DNA of 64,000 bases from Eledone cirrhosa (lineage: Eukaryota): contig OZ024754.1 in NCBI GenBank assembly GCA_964016885.1, positions 1,736,001 through 1,800,000 on the forward strand. Reading direction: 5' to 3'. Under the pieces are notes generated by a model. The model was not told the origin of the DNA, did no database searches, and saw only the letters and a program-made list of their open reading frames with translations. Of this stretch, positions 14,046 to 28,756 are shown one piece after another (positions within the stretch are counted from its first letter, which is position 1; each line of letters starts with the position of its first letter). Position numbers and translations under genes: made by a program.

Positions 14046-14310
14046 CCACCACCACCACCACCACCACCTCCATCATCAACACCACCACTATCAGGAACAC
14101 CGCCACCACTACCACTACCACCACCACCACTACCACCACCACCATTATCAGCACCTTCACAACCACCACATTCACCACCAACACCACCAACACCACCACA
14201 ACAAACACTACACCACAACCACCACGACCTCCACTATCACCACCAGCACCACCTCCACCACCACCAATACCACCACCTCCACCACCGTCAGCACCCTCCT
14301 CTCCACCAAA
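14046..14310. repeat. Degenerate (CCA)n array
   Basis: Direct reading. It explains the poly-G and poly-V ORFs. Confidence 0.9.
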
Positions 14311-14408
14311 GACATCCTCCATAATCCTGTATTAGTCATTCGGACAAAACCTGACAATGGTCATAATGACTTTGATAAACTGAATTAAGAAATCAATGAC
14401 AGTAATAC

Positions 14409-14446
<38 letters not shown>

Positions 14447-14935
14447 GCTGTAGTTGTAGTAATAATGTCAATGGTAGTAGTAATAGCTGTAAGTTGTTGA
14501 ATTATTAGTAGTAGTGTTAGTGATGGCAGTAGTAGTAAATATAGAGGAAATAGCGGTAATAACAGTCATCACTAATCAAACAGGATTATCTTCATGGTCA
14601 TTCCATTTAATTCAATCCCAGTTTTATTTTTCTCTTTCTCAGACTTATTGTCTCAAGAACTCTACATTGTCCAAAATGTCGTTCGGTTTCTACAACGCTA
14701 AGAAGATATTTCATTTGGATTCCGATTATATTTTGCTGTTGAAAATGTTTAGAGGAATCTGATATTCTTATTTTAGTTTGAATAGTACAGAAGTTGAAAT
14801 ATTTAGAAAGAGAATGTTTAACCCGTTTCCTAATTTCACTTTTAAAACCCTTTCTTATGTACGAAGAAAGTTTTGATTCTTTTTGAAAATGGCGGAAGCT
14901 GCGAATATTTTAACACACCTCGTAATGTAATACTC

Positions 14936-15192
14936 TCGATAAAATAAGGTACCAGTAATGCACTGGGCTAATTGCTGGCTTTATGCTAAACGTAGAAACA
15001 GTTATTATTCAGTATCTGGTAGACCGTCAGATACCATGCCTTGCAGCATAGAGTTATGACCCTTTACGTTCTGAATCCAAATCCCGCCAGGTTACCTTTG
15101 CCTTTCATTCTTACGGGGTCGAGGTCGATAAAATAAAGCACCAGTAATGCAGTGGGGTTTATTGTTGACCTTGTGCCAAAAGTAGAAACATT
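14936..15192 (+). mobile_element. Two tandem SINE family A copies (3' fragment followed by a near-complete copy)
   Basis: TCGATAAAATAA..ACCAGTAATGCA.TGGG...GTAGAAACA appears twice, with B-box-like GAATCCAAATCCCGCC between. Confidence 0.8.
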
Positions 15193-15370
15193 ATCATTAT
15201 TACTTTTATGCTAATTAATGTTACTTTTCAATCTCAAAACAACATTGTTTTGTTCTCCACATACCATTTGACGTCAAGTATATATATATATATATATACA
15301 CACACACATGCATACATACAAACATACATACACAAACACACATACAGATACACATATAAATATATATATA

Positions 15371-15525
15371 TTCAGAAGATCCCGTTAAGGGTGAAAGCAG
15401 CGATTCTTTGCTTAAACTTTAATCTGTTATTTTAATAAATATTTGCTCTACGGTTCTTATATATCTGATATATATTTATCCTTATCGAGCCCTCTTTGGA
15501 TTTTAGTCTTAAAATTTATTATTAT

Positions 15526-15528
<3 letters not shown>
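15371..15528 (+). mobile_element. 5'-truncated HHR-bearing pLTR-like module between (TA)n tracts (same family as 59301-59508)
   Basis: C(A)GAAGA-T CCC GTTAA GGG T-GAAA-GCA gcgattctt TGC-TT, then a ~115-nt tail whose reverse complement recurs at 59301-59446. The stem I 5' strand is absent. Confidence 0.65.
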
Positions 15529-15578
<50 letters not shown>

Positions 15579-16137
15579 TTGTATTTTGAATATTATGGTT
15601 GATAAAAACAGAAACCAAGCAGTCTCTGTTGACAGTGATATCTTAAATATGTTCGCATTGGTGGCAAGAACACATCTACACCAATCCAGCCTCACACATC
15701 TCTCCGTTCTGCTATCCTATCCAACCACCCTTTCATTCTACACACCAGCGCTAGACTTGTGTTTTCTTGTTATATTTTTCACTATTCCTAATACAGTTGT
15801 TAATTTTGTTGCCATTAATGTTGCTGTGTTTTAATTATTAGTTTTTGAGATATTTTAAACTAGTGCTTCAAAAGCTTTAAAGTTAAAGCTACTGCTACTG
15901 TTTATGTTGGTTTCGTTACAGCTACTGTTGATATTTTTGAAGTCAGTTTACCTTATGTTTTCACATGTTGATATCATTAAATTTGTTGGTATGTTTTGTT
16001 TTTTAATTATTGCAGTTGTTTCATGTTTATGTTGAGGTTTTGTTTAATGTTGTTCATACATAATTATATTTCTTGACATCTTGTTATTTATTCAGTTGAT
16101 GCAAATGATTTTGCTATTTTTGTTTCTTTACTTGTGC

Positions 16138-16428
16138 TACGAAGGTCGGCTACAAAGTTCATAAGCTGACTATGAAGGAGTGATGCTAGAGCTGTGAAAT
16201 CTTTCAAGCATTAATTTCAACTATTTGTATGAATAACGGCATTGTTACTTTCCATGGACGATGTTGAAAAATAAACCTAATTTGGTCATTCCATGAATGT
16301 ATCTTGGTCATAAGTTGAATATGAAGGGGTGATGCTAGAGGTGGGAAATCATGCATGCATTAATTTCAACTCTTTGTTTAAATAACTGCATGGCTACTTT
16401 GAAAAATAAACCTCATTTAGTCATTATA
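16138..16428. mobile_element. Probable Tc1/mariner-derived MITE remnant with an internal tandem duplication
   Basis: It starts TACGAAGGTCGGCTACAAAGTTCA, resembling TA + CGAGG..AAAAGT mariner ends. TATGAAGG.GTGATGCTAGAG...TTGAAAAATAAACCT.ATTT.GTCATT is duplicated at ~16171 and ~16320. No intact second TIR was seen. Confidence 0.45.
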
Positions 16429-16536
16429 AAAGACTGTGATGTCTTTAACCCCATCAGGAACAAGTTCTAACCTAAGTACCGAAATATTGCAGTTAGGTTT
16501 AGATTCCATCAGGTTCACTGCAGCTATGACCTCACA

Positions 16537-16571
<35 letters not shown>

Positions 16572-17746
16572 ACAATATTTCTATATAAAGAAGAAAAAGA
16601 AAAGAAAAAAGTAAGAGTAAGAGAAAAATACGAAAAAAAAAATAGATGAGAAGGAGAAAAGGATAAAATTATATTAAAAAAAAAGGAAAAGTGTAATGAA
16701 GGAAAAATAGTAAACGAACACGAAAAAGGAAAAAAAAAAGGTTGATGATGAGAAGAAGAATGAGGAGGGGGAGGTAGCTGAAGAGGAGGAGGAAGAGGAG
16801 GCTGAAGAGGAGAGTTGTGTGAGAAAGGCTAATAAGGAATAAGGTAACTAGAATGTCTTGAAGTTAAACATGAGAAATGAAATCCTGCTATCTTGTCAAT
16901 GAATGTCTTTTGGGAAAATACGAATAGCAACAACAACAACAACAACAACAAATAGTAAAAATATATAAAAGAGAATTTCAGAAAGAAAGAGCAATGATAG
17001 TATGAGCATGTTTCATATATTGTGAGAGACAATATTAGGGAGAGATACGTGTGAGACACAAAGTTATATAGAGTAAGGCAGAGGAAGGACGGAGATGTTG
17101 GAAGTGACAAAGCAGATTTAAAGTAAATAAAAAAAAAGCGACATGCACAAGGTAGTACGTCGTTCCTCAATACGTGTCATCGTATTTATTCACAAAGCGA
17201 ATTAATCATGCAAATGTATTGAACTCAATGAAAAATACCCCAAAAAACAAAACCTAAAAAAAAACAAAACAAAAAAAAAACGAAATTCATAGAAATTACA
17301 ATAGTCTGATTAAATTATTTATTTATTTACTTTTTTTTTCTGAAAAGAAAATATGATATTGTCAGATGGAATGTGGTGGTATAGCCGCGTCTTATCTGGT
17401 TGACATCAGAGACCGTCTATGTAGTCACTCGACCTGTTGCATATAGCCAAATCAAAATTATATTTCTCCCTACAGTTTTAAGTTAAGAAAGATACAATGA
17501 ATAATGTAGTCCTCTGACTAAGAATGGTTTGGCTTTAAAGAACAACAATAAAACACAACAGATATTTAAAAACTGATCCTCGGTGACATGAAAGCCAGCA
17601 TTGCGTCTGGTTTTCTGGTTATTTTGGAGAGATTTTGTAGGATGGCGGATAAGAGGTCGCTAGACGATCGTTCCGTATATCTCCATTTCTTTGGAGACAC
17701 GGACACCGAGTGAGTGCTTCTCCACAAATCTCTCACATAGTAGCGT

Positions 17747-17748
<2 letters not shown>

Positions 17749-17788
<40 letters not shown>

Positions 17789-18390
17789 GGGGGAGGGGGT
17801 GGATAAAGATGAGGAGAGAGATGAGGACAGAGTGATGAGTGTAAACGATGGTGAGAGATAGATAGAGAGAGAGTGAGGTGGTTGACAGAGATGTGGAGAG
17901 AGGGTGTATGGTTGAGAGAAGAGAGAGAGGGGTGGGATAGAGTATGTGGTTGAGAGAGAGAGATAGAGAGGGGGAGAAAGAGAGAACATGAGAGAGAAAG
18001 GTTAAGAGAGAGAGGTTGAGAGAAAGAAAGCGTGTAGGTTGAGGAAAAAGAGCAAGAGAGGAAGAGAGTACTCACGCTTGGTGCTCCTGGAGATGAGGGT
18101 TGTACATTTATTCGGGGTGTGTACAACCCCTGTGTAACACCTCCCTCCTATTGGGGATTTCAATTATTATTTGTTATTGTATTAATAGTTTTATTTTCAT
18201 ATACCTGTATGTAAACTCCCATTTGTATTTTTGTGCCCTTGTGGCTAATAAATAAATTTATCTATCTATCTATCTATCTATCTCACTATATATATAATAC
18301 GCGTGTAAGGAGAGGATGAAAGAGAGAGAGAGAGAGGGAAAGCGAGAGAGAGAAGAGGGTGAGAAAGAGAGAGAAGAGGGAAAGAGGAAG
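17749..18390. repeat. (GA)n-rich low-complexity region containing a short polyadenylation-signal-bearing retroelement-like 3' end (~18150-18258)
   Basis: GCCCTTGTGGCTAATAAA followed by (TATC)n. The similar GCCCTTGTGGCCAATAAA at 566-583 is followed by (ATT)n. Confidence 0.55.
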
Positions 18391-19116
18391 CAAGTGGTAT
18401 AATGCATTTGAAAAGATAATGATACATCTAAGAAGAGAAAATTTACGAGTGGAAGTGAATGAAATTGTAAGAATAGATATAACTTTAGTGAAAAACAGAA
18501 AAATATAAAGATGCATAGCTCGGCTCTACTACAACAATATATAAACCTGCTAAAATGCATTCATTCGTAAAAAGAAAACTAAAACAGCCGAAATTATTAT
18601 AAAGATATTTATATGAAAATGTTTGTGCGGTATAATGAATGGAAACAATTTCATGTCAATTAGACAGTGAAAGCACTTACTTCAGTAAATATAGCAGCCA
18701 TTTCAAAATAGAATGTTGAAGTATTTAGAGAGGAAGGGTAGGGAAAATGGAACGAAAATAAAAGTAGAATGACTTAGTTTAATAAAAGGCTTAAATGGAA
18801 TAAAATTGGTGATGTGTAGGTGTATAATATAATATCTTATGCTTATTATGTAACATAAGGCCAGTGGCATTGAAATATCTTTTCAGTGAAGACATTTGGA
18901 ATTTAAGCTAACAAGGAAGAATAAGATTGAAATAATTGATAGATTTAAAAGACAAAGATGGGAAAAACAAAACGAAAGAAATGGATTTTAATGTGTATTT
19001 GACGGAGAGAGAGAGAGAAGAAATTAAAGATATGAAGGTTTCTACTTTTATTTTTATAATATATACAACTGTCTGTCCCACTCTTACTCTGTCGTTCTAT
19101 CTCACTGTATATATAC

Positions 19117-19158
<42 letters not shown>

Positions 19159-19163
19159 TCAAG

Positions 19164-19197
<34 letters not shown>

Positions 19198-19212
19198 ATT
19201 TCTGTCTACATT

Positions 19213-19245
<33 letters not shown>

Positions 19246-19286
19246 GATTGTGTGTATTCCGTTTTACTTAATGTAAAAAGCTTTTA

Positions 19287-19488
19287 GGGTAATGGATTGA
19301 CAGAAATAGTTGTGCGTCGAATAGTATGTCCTGGTTCTTAGAATTCTCAGCTAAAATCCCGTCGGAATCAACATTTCTCCTTGGTTGGATGAGGTGCAAT
19401 ACCAGCCAAGAACTGGGGTTGATCTAATCAACTTTGCCCTTCCCCCAAATTCTTCTGGCCTTGTGCTTCAAGTATAAATCAATATTAA
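19287..19488 (+). mobile_element. Old, diverged SINE family A variant
   Basis: GGATTGACAGAA..AAATCCCGTCGGAATCAAC..ATACCAG..CTGGGGTTGAT..CTGGCCTTGTGC follows the family order. Confidence 0.6.
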
Positions 19489-19547
19489 CTACTTTTTCTC
19501 ATGTAACACGAACTGTCATTTTAAAAAAAAAACATAGATTGTTATAT

Positions 19548-19736
19548 TTGTTCCTACTTTTAGCACAAGGCCAGCAATTATGCCAGTGTATTACTGGTAC
19601 TTTATTTTATCGACCCTGTAAGGATGAAAGGCAATGTTAACCTCGGCGGGGTTTGAACTCAGACCATAAAGGGCCGTAACACTATGCTGCAAAACATGGT
19701 GTCAGACCCTCTACCGATACTGCCAATCCGCCGCCC
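19548..19736 (-). mobile_element. SINE family A, full length (tRNA-derived head, central CCTTTCATCCTTACGGGGTCGATAAAATAAAGTACCAG domain)
   Basis: Sense strand reads GGGCGGCGGATTGGCAG...GAGTTCAAA (B-box)...central domain...GGCCTTGTGC.AAAAGTAG.AACAA. There are many copies in the window. Confidence 0.9.
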
Positions 19737-20308
19737 TAGACTTATAATGTTAATTTATATTGTTTATCATTGTTTATCATTGTTTATCACTGTTCGATTT
19801 TATTTAGAATAATTATCCCAGCTCTTAGATCGACAGATCTAAAGGCCATTGGTCAAACATGTTAACACAAACTCCTGTATTTATGTACATAAAGTGGTAA
19901 GGATTTTGTAGCTTCCTTTTGCAGTTACAACAGCGGTTATTCCGTACATATATAATGTTTGTGCTCCTTGTAACCGCTAAATGTTGAAGCGTGCTTTTAA
20001 TATTGAGTAGCATGGTTCCACGATTCCACGTCATGGGATAAATCTCAGTGATATTAGGAGATACGGTTATTAGAATTAAGTTGGATTATTGGAATTCAGA
20101 GGAGGATAATATTAGCAATTATACAATCTATTGGTGAATTATAGATCATGTCTCTCTACGTCAATTGTTAACGAAGTTAACATCTCCTCAGATTACAGAT
20201 CTATAACAGACTATTGCTGTCTTTCGTTACAAATATTATTACCACCACAATCGAATTAGTCACAGTTTGCTACGTTTCACACTAACATCCACTTTTAGCT
20301 AATCTTTA

Positions 20309-21559
20309 TCATTTCATTATCACTGTCAACAATACAATTGTCGAGAGCACCAATACGGTATTATTCCAATATTACTGTCAACTGTCAACAATACAATTGT
20401 CAAGAAGACCAAGACGTTACCATTTCATTATCACTGTCAACAATACAATTGTCAAGAAGACCAAGACGTTACCATTTCATTATCACTGTCAACAATACAA
20501 TTGTCAAGAAGACCAAGACGTTACCATTTCATTATCACTGTCAACAATACAATTGTCAAGAAGACCAAGACGTTACCATTTCATTATCACTGTCAACAAT
20601 ACAATTGTCAAGAAGACCAAGACGTTACCATTTCATTATCACTGTCAACAATACAATTGTCAAGAAGACCAAGACGTTACCATTTCATTATCACTGTCAA
20701 CAATACAATTGTCAAGAAGACCAAGACGTTACCATTTCATTATCACTGTCAACAATACAATTGTCAAGAAGACCAAGACGTTACCATTTCATTATCACTG
20801 TCAACAATACAATTGTCAAGAAGACCAAGACGTTACCATTTCATTATCACTGTCAACAATACAATTGTCAAGAAGACCAAGACGTTACCATTTCATTATC
20901 ACTGTCAACAATACAATTGTCAAGAAGACCAAGACGTTACCATTTCATTATCACTGTCAACAATACAATTGTCAAGAAGACCAAGACGTTACCATTTCAT
21001 TATCACTGTCAACAATACAATTGTCAAGAAGACCAAGACGTTACCATTTCATTATCACTGTCAACAATACAATTGTCAAGAAGACCAAGACGTTACCATT
21101 TCATTATCACTGTCAACAATACAATTGTCAAGAAGACCAAGACGTTACCATTTCATTATCACTGTCAACAATACAATTGTCAAGAAGACCAAGACGTTAC
21201 CATTTCATTATCACTGTCAACAATACAATTGTCAAGAAGACCAAGACGTTACCATTTCATTATCACTGTCAACAATACAATTGTCAAGAAGACCAAGACG
21301 TTACCATTTCATTATCACTGTCAACAATACAATTGTCAAGAAGACCAAGACGTTACCATTTCATTATCACTGTCAACAATACAATTGTCAAGAAGACCAA
21401 GACGTTACCATTTCATTATCACTGTCAACAATACAATTGTCAAGAAGACCAAGACGTTACCATTTCATTATCACTGTCAACAATACAATTGTCAAGAAGA
21501 CCAAGACGTTACCATTTCATTATCACTGTCAACAATACAATTGTCGAGAGCACCAAGAC
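20309..21559. repeat. 52-bp minisatellite, 22 identical units (20400-21543) with variant flanking units
   Basis: The unit is TCAAGAAGACCAAGACGTTACCATTTCATTATCACTGTCAACAATACAATTG. 1144 bp equals 22 x 52, with no spacers. Confidence 0.97.
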
Positions 21560-22359
21560 CATCACTACACAGCGTAGAAGCTTCAATGTAGTCGTTTCAT
21601 ATGCTAAGTCTAGAATCCAAATCTCCCTCAAGCTGCACAACCCCACACTAAAGAAAGAAACATAGATAGTTCGATATCCTCGATAGTTCGATAAAAGAAA
21701 GAAATACGAGATGGTTGTGGATGTTTTTGATCCTTAGTCTATCTGAGATTAAAGAACGTCAATAACTGCAACAGCACCATCAGATCATCTTGTATTAAGA
21801 GCAACACCAAGAAAAGTTCCTTCATTAAGAGCAAAACCAACTAAGTTCCTTTCATTAGGAGCAATATCAACAAACCACTTTCATTAGAAGTAATACCATC
21901 ACAATTTATTTTGTCACATCATCATTATCATTACAAATCGATCCACTGAAATCATGCCTAACGTATATATCAATATCAAATATTATCACAATCAACATAC
22001 CATCGATAACATAGATCGAATCTATATAATCAATACAAGGAAACACTACACATTTAAACATTTTAGATAATACATATGTGTCATAACTACATCTTAATAC
22101 TATATACTTTTATTAGCTTTAGATCGTACTGAGCAGGATAACGTTATCTATACGACCACACATACCATTCTCCTATTTTTAACGATGGGACGGGCTCGGC
22201 TGGAATGTCTTTCGTCACAGACCTGTTCTATCATGTCTGACTTAATCTAAATACCTCATAACTACAACAATAGTATAGTAGCTGCATGTTGGTTAATTCC
22301 ACTGTAGCCTTTCTTTTCAAATAGATCTTCTCCACCAACTATACCACTACCATTGCATA

Positions 22360-22790
22360 ATTCATCATCATCATCATCATCACCAGCACTAGCCCCAACA
22401 TAAATCCCAGCGCCACCTCCACTCCATCATGAACGTAAAATACAGCAGGATTACCTCCACTTATACAACAACTACAACAACACCCCACAACAACAAGAAC
22501 AACAAGAACAACAGCATTACCTCCACTTATACAACACCCAACAACTAAAACTACAACAACGACAACTAAAACAATAGCCAACAACAACAACAACAGCCAG
22601 CTACAACAACAACAACAATCACAACAACTACATCCACAACTGCAACAACTTCAACAACAATCACAACAACTACAACAGCCAACAACAACAACAACAACAG
22701 CAGTCACAACAACAACAATAGTCACAACAACAACAGTCACAACAACAACAACAACAGCAACAACAACAACAACAACAACAACTGCAGCAG
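22360..22790. repeat. Degenerate (CAA)n/(CAT)n array
   Basis: Direct reading. Confidence 0.85.
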
Positions 22791-22939
22791 CATTAAGAAG
22801 TGAAAGCAGAACAATCAAGGCTCTAATTGAAAGCATTATTGATACAAACCTTTTAAAAATGTGTGTTAAAGAAAATGCAGGCACCACCAGTGCGCTGCAT
22901 CTTGCTGTCCACTTCACTGTCAAACCACTTATTGGGTGA

Positions 22940-23374
22940 CACACATACATACACACTGCTCCACATGCAGGCACACACACACACATACATACACATACAC
23001 ACTGCTCCACATGCAGGCACACACACACACATACATACACATACACACACATACACACTGCTCCACATGCAGACACACACATATACATACACATACACAC
23101 TGCTCCACATGCAGGCACACACACACATACATACACATACACACTGCTCCACATGCAGGCACACACATATACATACACATACACACTGCTCCACATGCAG
23201 GCACACACATATACATACACATACACACTGCTCCACATGCAGGCACACACACATACATACACACACTGCTCTATATGCAGGCACACACACATACACATAC
23301 ACACACACACACACTGCTCCACATGCAGGGACACACACATACATACACACACATACACACTACTCCACATGCAG

Positions 23375-23410
<36 letters not shown>
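22940..23410. repeat. Compound minisatellite: about 10 copies of CACTGCTCCACATGCAGG separated by variable (CA/TA)n
   Basis: Direct reading. Confidence 0.9.
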
Positions 23411-23411
<1 letters not shown>

Positions 23412-23689
23412 CACAAATGAATATGCATTAGGTGCACGGTGTTTGAAGGTGTATGTGTGTATGTCTGTGAGTATGTTGAGAGTTTTAATGGCTGTATACG
23501 TAAGAAAACACACAGACGGACAAATATATATAAACATACATGTGGATAAAGAGAAGAGAATGAGGAAGAGGGGGTGGGGGAGGAGGAGGGGAATAATAGG
23601 AAGAAGGAGGAGGGGAAGAAGAGGGAGAGGGAGAAAAAGAACACCAACCACATGACAAAGAGAATAAGAAGGAGAAGTACAGACAAACA

Positions 23690-23714
23690 GAGAGAGACAG
23701 ACAGATATACATAC

Positions 23715-23750
<36 letters not shown>

Positions 23751-24367
23751 ATAGACAGACAGAGAGAGAGAGAGAGAGACTGATAGACAGAGAGAGAGAG
23801 AGAGACTGATAGACAGACAGAGAGAGAGAGAGATTGATAGACAGACAGAGAGAGAGAGAGAGACTGATAGACAGACAGAGAGAGAGAGAGACTGATAGAC
23901 AGACAGAGAGAGAGAGACTGATAGACAGACAGAGAGAGAGACTGATAGACAGACAGAGAGAGAGAGACTGATAGACAGACAGAGAGACAGAGACAGAGAG
24001 AGAGAGAGAGACTGATAGACAGAGACTGATAGACAGACAGAGAGAAAGAGAGAGACTGATAGACAGACAGAGAGAGAGAGACTGATAGACAGACAGAGAG
24101 ACAGAGACAGAGACAGAGAGAGAGACTGATAGACAGACAGAGAGAGAGACTGATAGACATGTAAACAAATAAGTGAAATGAATGTAAATGTGGTAAATAA
24201 GAGCCAGAGACGACATAGAAAATAGAGTGGGGGAGAGAGAGGGGAAGGGAAGACAGACAGAGTGATAGAGAGAGAGAGAGAGAGGGGGGAGACAGACAGA
24301 GTGATACAGAGAGATAGGGGGGGGGGGCAGAGAAAGGGAGGGAAGACAGCGAGAGAGATAGAGAGGG

Positions 24368-24451
<84 letters not shown>

Positions 24452-24546
24452 GGGGAATAAAGTATATAATAAGCATTTTAGCACTTTGAAAGGATTGCAT
24501 ACAATTCTACACACCTTTACACGTCCATACACAAACATATACACAC

Positions 24547-24583
<37 letters not shown>

Positions 24584-24618
24584 CATACATATATATATAT
24601 ACGCACACACACACATAC

Positions 24619-24649
<31 letters not shown>

Positions 24650-24720
24650 CTAATATATATATACACACATTTATAAATACGTTTACATATATACATACGT
24701 ACATACATACATACATATAT

Positions 24721-24776
<56 letters not shown>

Positions 24777-24841
24777 GAAAGGTATAGAAAGTATTGTAGC
24801 AAGAAGCCATATATATATATGTATATATATATAAATATATG

Positions 24842-24899
<58 letters not shown>

Positions 24900-25703
24900 C
24901 ATACATATATGTGTGTGTGTATATGTGTGTTAGGCACAAACAAACATATATAACAAAAGGACGCACACACACAAACACACACACATTCATACACTCACAC
25001 ATTCATACATCTATACACCCACACACACACACATTCACAGACATTCACACATGCCACATTAGACTAATTCACGTTGTGTGTATAAATAGAGAGAGAGAGA
25101 GTCCAAAGATTAGGGCAGAGGTGGTGAGAGTTGATGGCGAAGAATAAAGAATAAAGATTAGATAAAAAAATACAACTTTTAGACAATAATGAGTGGGAAT
25201 AAGACAAGGCTGTATATTGGCAGAAAAGCCATCTACATCCCTAAGGGTGCTTTGCAAAAGCCACTAGAATCTTTTGACTTAAGTGTTAATCAATGTCGGA
25301 TCCAATTTTAAAGCGAAAACAAATGGTAGTCTTATAGAAATTTGGCGATTTATGTCGGAGTAAAATGGCTGCTATATGTAATCTGTGCTCTATTTAATCA
25401 TGCGTGCAGAAAAAAATGGAGTTAGCTGCCCTAATGGAAGTTGACCTAATACTACCTCATAATTTTTTGACGAGCCATGACTAATCCACTTTCAGTGAAA
25501 GTGCTCTAACTATTGACTAGTCACTTACATCTAGGACATCCATTACTGTTAACTTTAGTGTATATATTATTATTGTTATTATCATCATCATTATTATTAT
25601 TATTATTAGAAGTAGCAGTAGTAGTAGTAGTAGCAGTAGTAGAAGTAGTAGTAGTAGTAATAATAGAAGGTGAAGAAGAAGTAGTAGTAGTAGCAGCGGC
25701 AGC

Positions 25704-25738
<35 letters not shown>

Positions 25739-26237
25739 AAGACGGAGAATCAGAAGAAGAAGAAGAAGAAGCAGCAACAGCAGTAGTAGTAGTGGAATTA
25801 GTAGTAGTAGTAGTAGTGGTGGTGTTCTTGTTATCTTGAACAATGTTATCAACCCTTCCTTTGTCTATCTTTCCCTAATATACGTTACCAAGATCTACAT
25901 TATTTCAATTTTATATCTTAACCATCCTGGATTGTAAGACATGTATTGTTTATCACGAGTAGAAGTGTTAGCTAAACACATACACACACAGATACACATA
26001 CACACACACATACATACACACATACACGCACATATATATATATATGTGGCTGTGTGTGTGTGCGCGTGTGTGAGTGTACATACGTATATACATACACACT
26101 TATATCTACATATATATATACATATATACATATATATACATACACATATATATATACATACACATATATATATATATACACATATATATATATACATATA
26201 TATATACATATATACATATACACATATATATATATAC

Positions 26238-26268
<31 letters not shown>

Positions 26269-26283
26269 CATATATATACATAC

Positions 26284-26314
<31 letters not shown>

Positions 26315-26671
26315 CATATATACATATACACATACATATACACATACATATACATACATACATACATACATATATATACCCCCCCCCCCCACACACACAT
26401 GTGTACACATGAATGTATCAGTTAATGAAACGTGCCTTTCAACGTACTATAAAAATTCACGATGTATTGGCTTGATGATGCCTTGTGAGAAATAAAGAAA
26501 ATGATGGAAAAAAATTGCTAAGGAAGAAAAAAAATATCAACAAGAAACCAAAGAAATTATAAAACATGTAAATGTGTTGAGCAGAATTGTATCTTTCAGT
26601 ACTACAAAATGGCTTTCTACATATGACAGCTATATTACATAATTCTGACAGCACATCGAGTGGGCTTTACT

Positions 26672-26732
<61 letters not shown>

Positions 26733-26733
26733 A

Positions 26734-26783
<50 letters not shown>

Positions 26784-26920
26784 TGTGTGTGTATATATAT
26801 ATATATTTATATATGTATATATATACACATGTATATATACACATATATATATGTATATATATATGTTCGTATGCATACGTATATATATATATGTATATAT
26901 ATATATATAAATATATATAA

Positions 26921-26979
<59 letters not shown>

Positions 26980-27220
26980 AATATATAAATATATATATAT
27001 GTATATATATATATATAAATATATAAATATATATATATGTATATATGTATATACATATATATATATGAATTTATATGTATGTATATATATATGTATATAT
27101 ATTTATGTATATATATGTATATATATATATGTATGTATAAACATATATGTATATATATATATATATGTATATATATGTATGTATATATATATGTATATAC
27201 ATGTATGTATATATATGTAA
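23690..27220. repeat. Series of microsatellite blocks: CTGATAGACAGA+(GA)n minisatellite (23745-24158), (GA)n, (TA)n, (GTA)n (25565-25825) and TA/CA arrays (25975-27220)
   Basis: Direct reading. The blocks are interrupted by short unique stretches. Confidence 0.8.
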
Positions 27221-27344
27221 TGTAAAATAAGGAGAAATAAAAATAGATCTTAATAAAAGTTATATAAATATACTAGGAATAATATGGCGACCGACCACTA
27301 AAAACACAACAACCACAACTAACGGAATAGTTCTCCGTCAGTTG

Positions 27345-27480
27345 CGACGACGAGTGTTCAAGTTGTTCGATGAAGGAAACAGTTTGCTCGAAATATCGGT
27401 GTGTGTATGTCTGAATATTCCATAGATACGTTAAACCCTATTTCTCAGGAAGATTCAACTAACTCTGGATGTGACAATAT
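27345..27480 (-). mobile_element. Diverged 3' part of SINE family C
   Basis: The reverse complement (TGAATCTTCCTGAGAA...CGAGCAAACTGTTTCC...ACGGAG) aligns loosely with 47350-47480. Confidence 0.5.
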
Positions 27481-27924
27481 TTCTATTTGAATTACAAGCA
27501 GGATCGATCCCTCAGGCTTCCAAGAAATTCTCCTCTACCTAGTTTTATATACAAGATTTGTATATAAAGCCTATGTTAAATGACAATTACTCAAGTTGAT
27601 TAAGAAGGTATTAGGAACGCTGGTACAATGCAAATAGGAAATATATTGAGTAAAGTATGAACGACTCTATATTTCATAATATTTTAAGTTTAGAACCTCT
27701 TCAATAAACTCATGTTTTTTCAGAACACAAGACTCTTTCAAATTACAAATGTCACATCATGTGACTTGCTTGTTATTCCCCATACCAAGATCAGTTCATA
27801 TTGAGGGGAGCTAAGTTGTAAACCATTAATGCTTTTCTCTCTCTGCTTTCTTATGTCTAATTCTTTATATATATTCATTATATATACACTCATTATATGT
27901 ATATATATGTTCATTATATATATG

Positions 27925-27971
<47 letters not shown>

Positions 27972-28442
27972 ATATACATACATACACATATATACTCATT
28001 ATATGCATATATTCATTATATATATATACTCATTATATGTATATATATGTTCATTATATATATGTTCATATATATATATATATATACATTATTCAGTCAA
28101 TCTAGTCAGAATTCCTTATTGATATACCATTTAGAGAATATTTACGATTTCTCTTTTAATGGCAGAATCAACATAATACACTTATCATAATTGTGTTATG
28201 ATCATCTTCTTCTACTTCTTCTGTGTCATAAACAACACATCCACCCTCATTATAACCTCACCACTATCACCAAACTTTAAACCTTCTCCGATGTAATTCA
28301 TATTTTCTATTGGAAGGTATTTGTTTACTTTGCCATGATGAAATTATGGTCCCATTAGCAACACTTTAATACGTGGGCATGGGAATGTTTCACAGACACG
28401 TACATACATACATAGAAACATATATACGTACATAATATCTAC

Positions 28443-28477
<35 letters not shown>

Positions 28478-28582
28478 CGGACGTACATACACAATATATA
28501 CCTCACAACTATATCATCTCTCAACACCACTGCCTTGGCAAGGCTTCTCTCCTTACCTTTTCAGTCAGTATTATAACTATTT

Positions 28583-28756
28583 GTGGTGGATTGGCAGTAG
28601 AGGGTCGCACGCCATGCTTTGCAGCAAAGAGTTACGGCCATTTATGGTCTGAGTTCAAATCCCGCCAAGGTTAACTTTGACTTACGGGATCGATAAAAGA
28701 AAGTAACAGTAATGTACTGATTTATTGCTGGCCTTGTGCCCAAAGTAGAAATAATT
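28583..28756 (+). mobile_element. SINE family A, near full length
   Basis: GGTGGATTGGCAG...CTGAGTTCAAATCCCGCC...GGCCTTGTGCCCAAAGTAGAAA. Confidence 0.88.

Noticed and set aside
17566-17748. Possible exon in a GC-richer unique island
   Set aside because: No recognisable protein similarity or clear splice-site pair.
20338-21665. Three long ORFs (358-422 aa) and a CRISPR-like look
   Set aside because: This is a pure 52-bp tandem repeat with no spacers and no cas genes. The ORFs arise only because the unit lacks stop codons.
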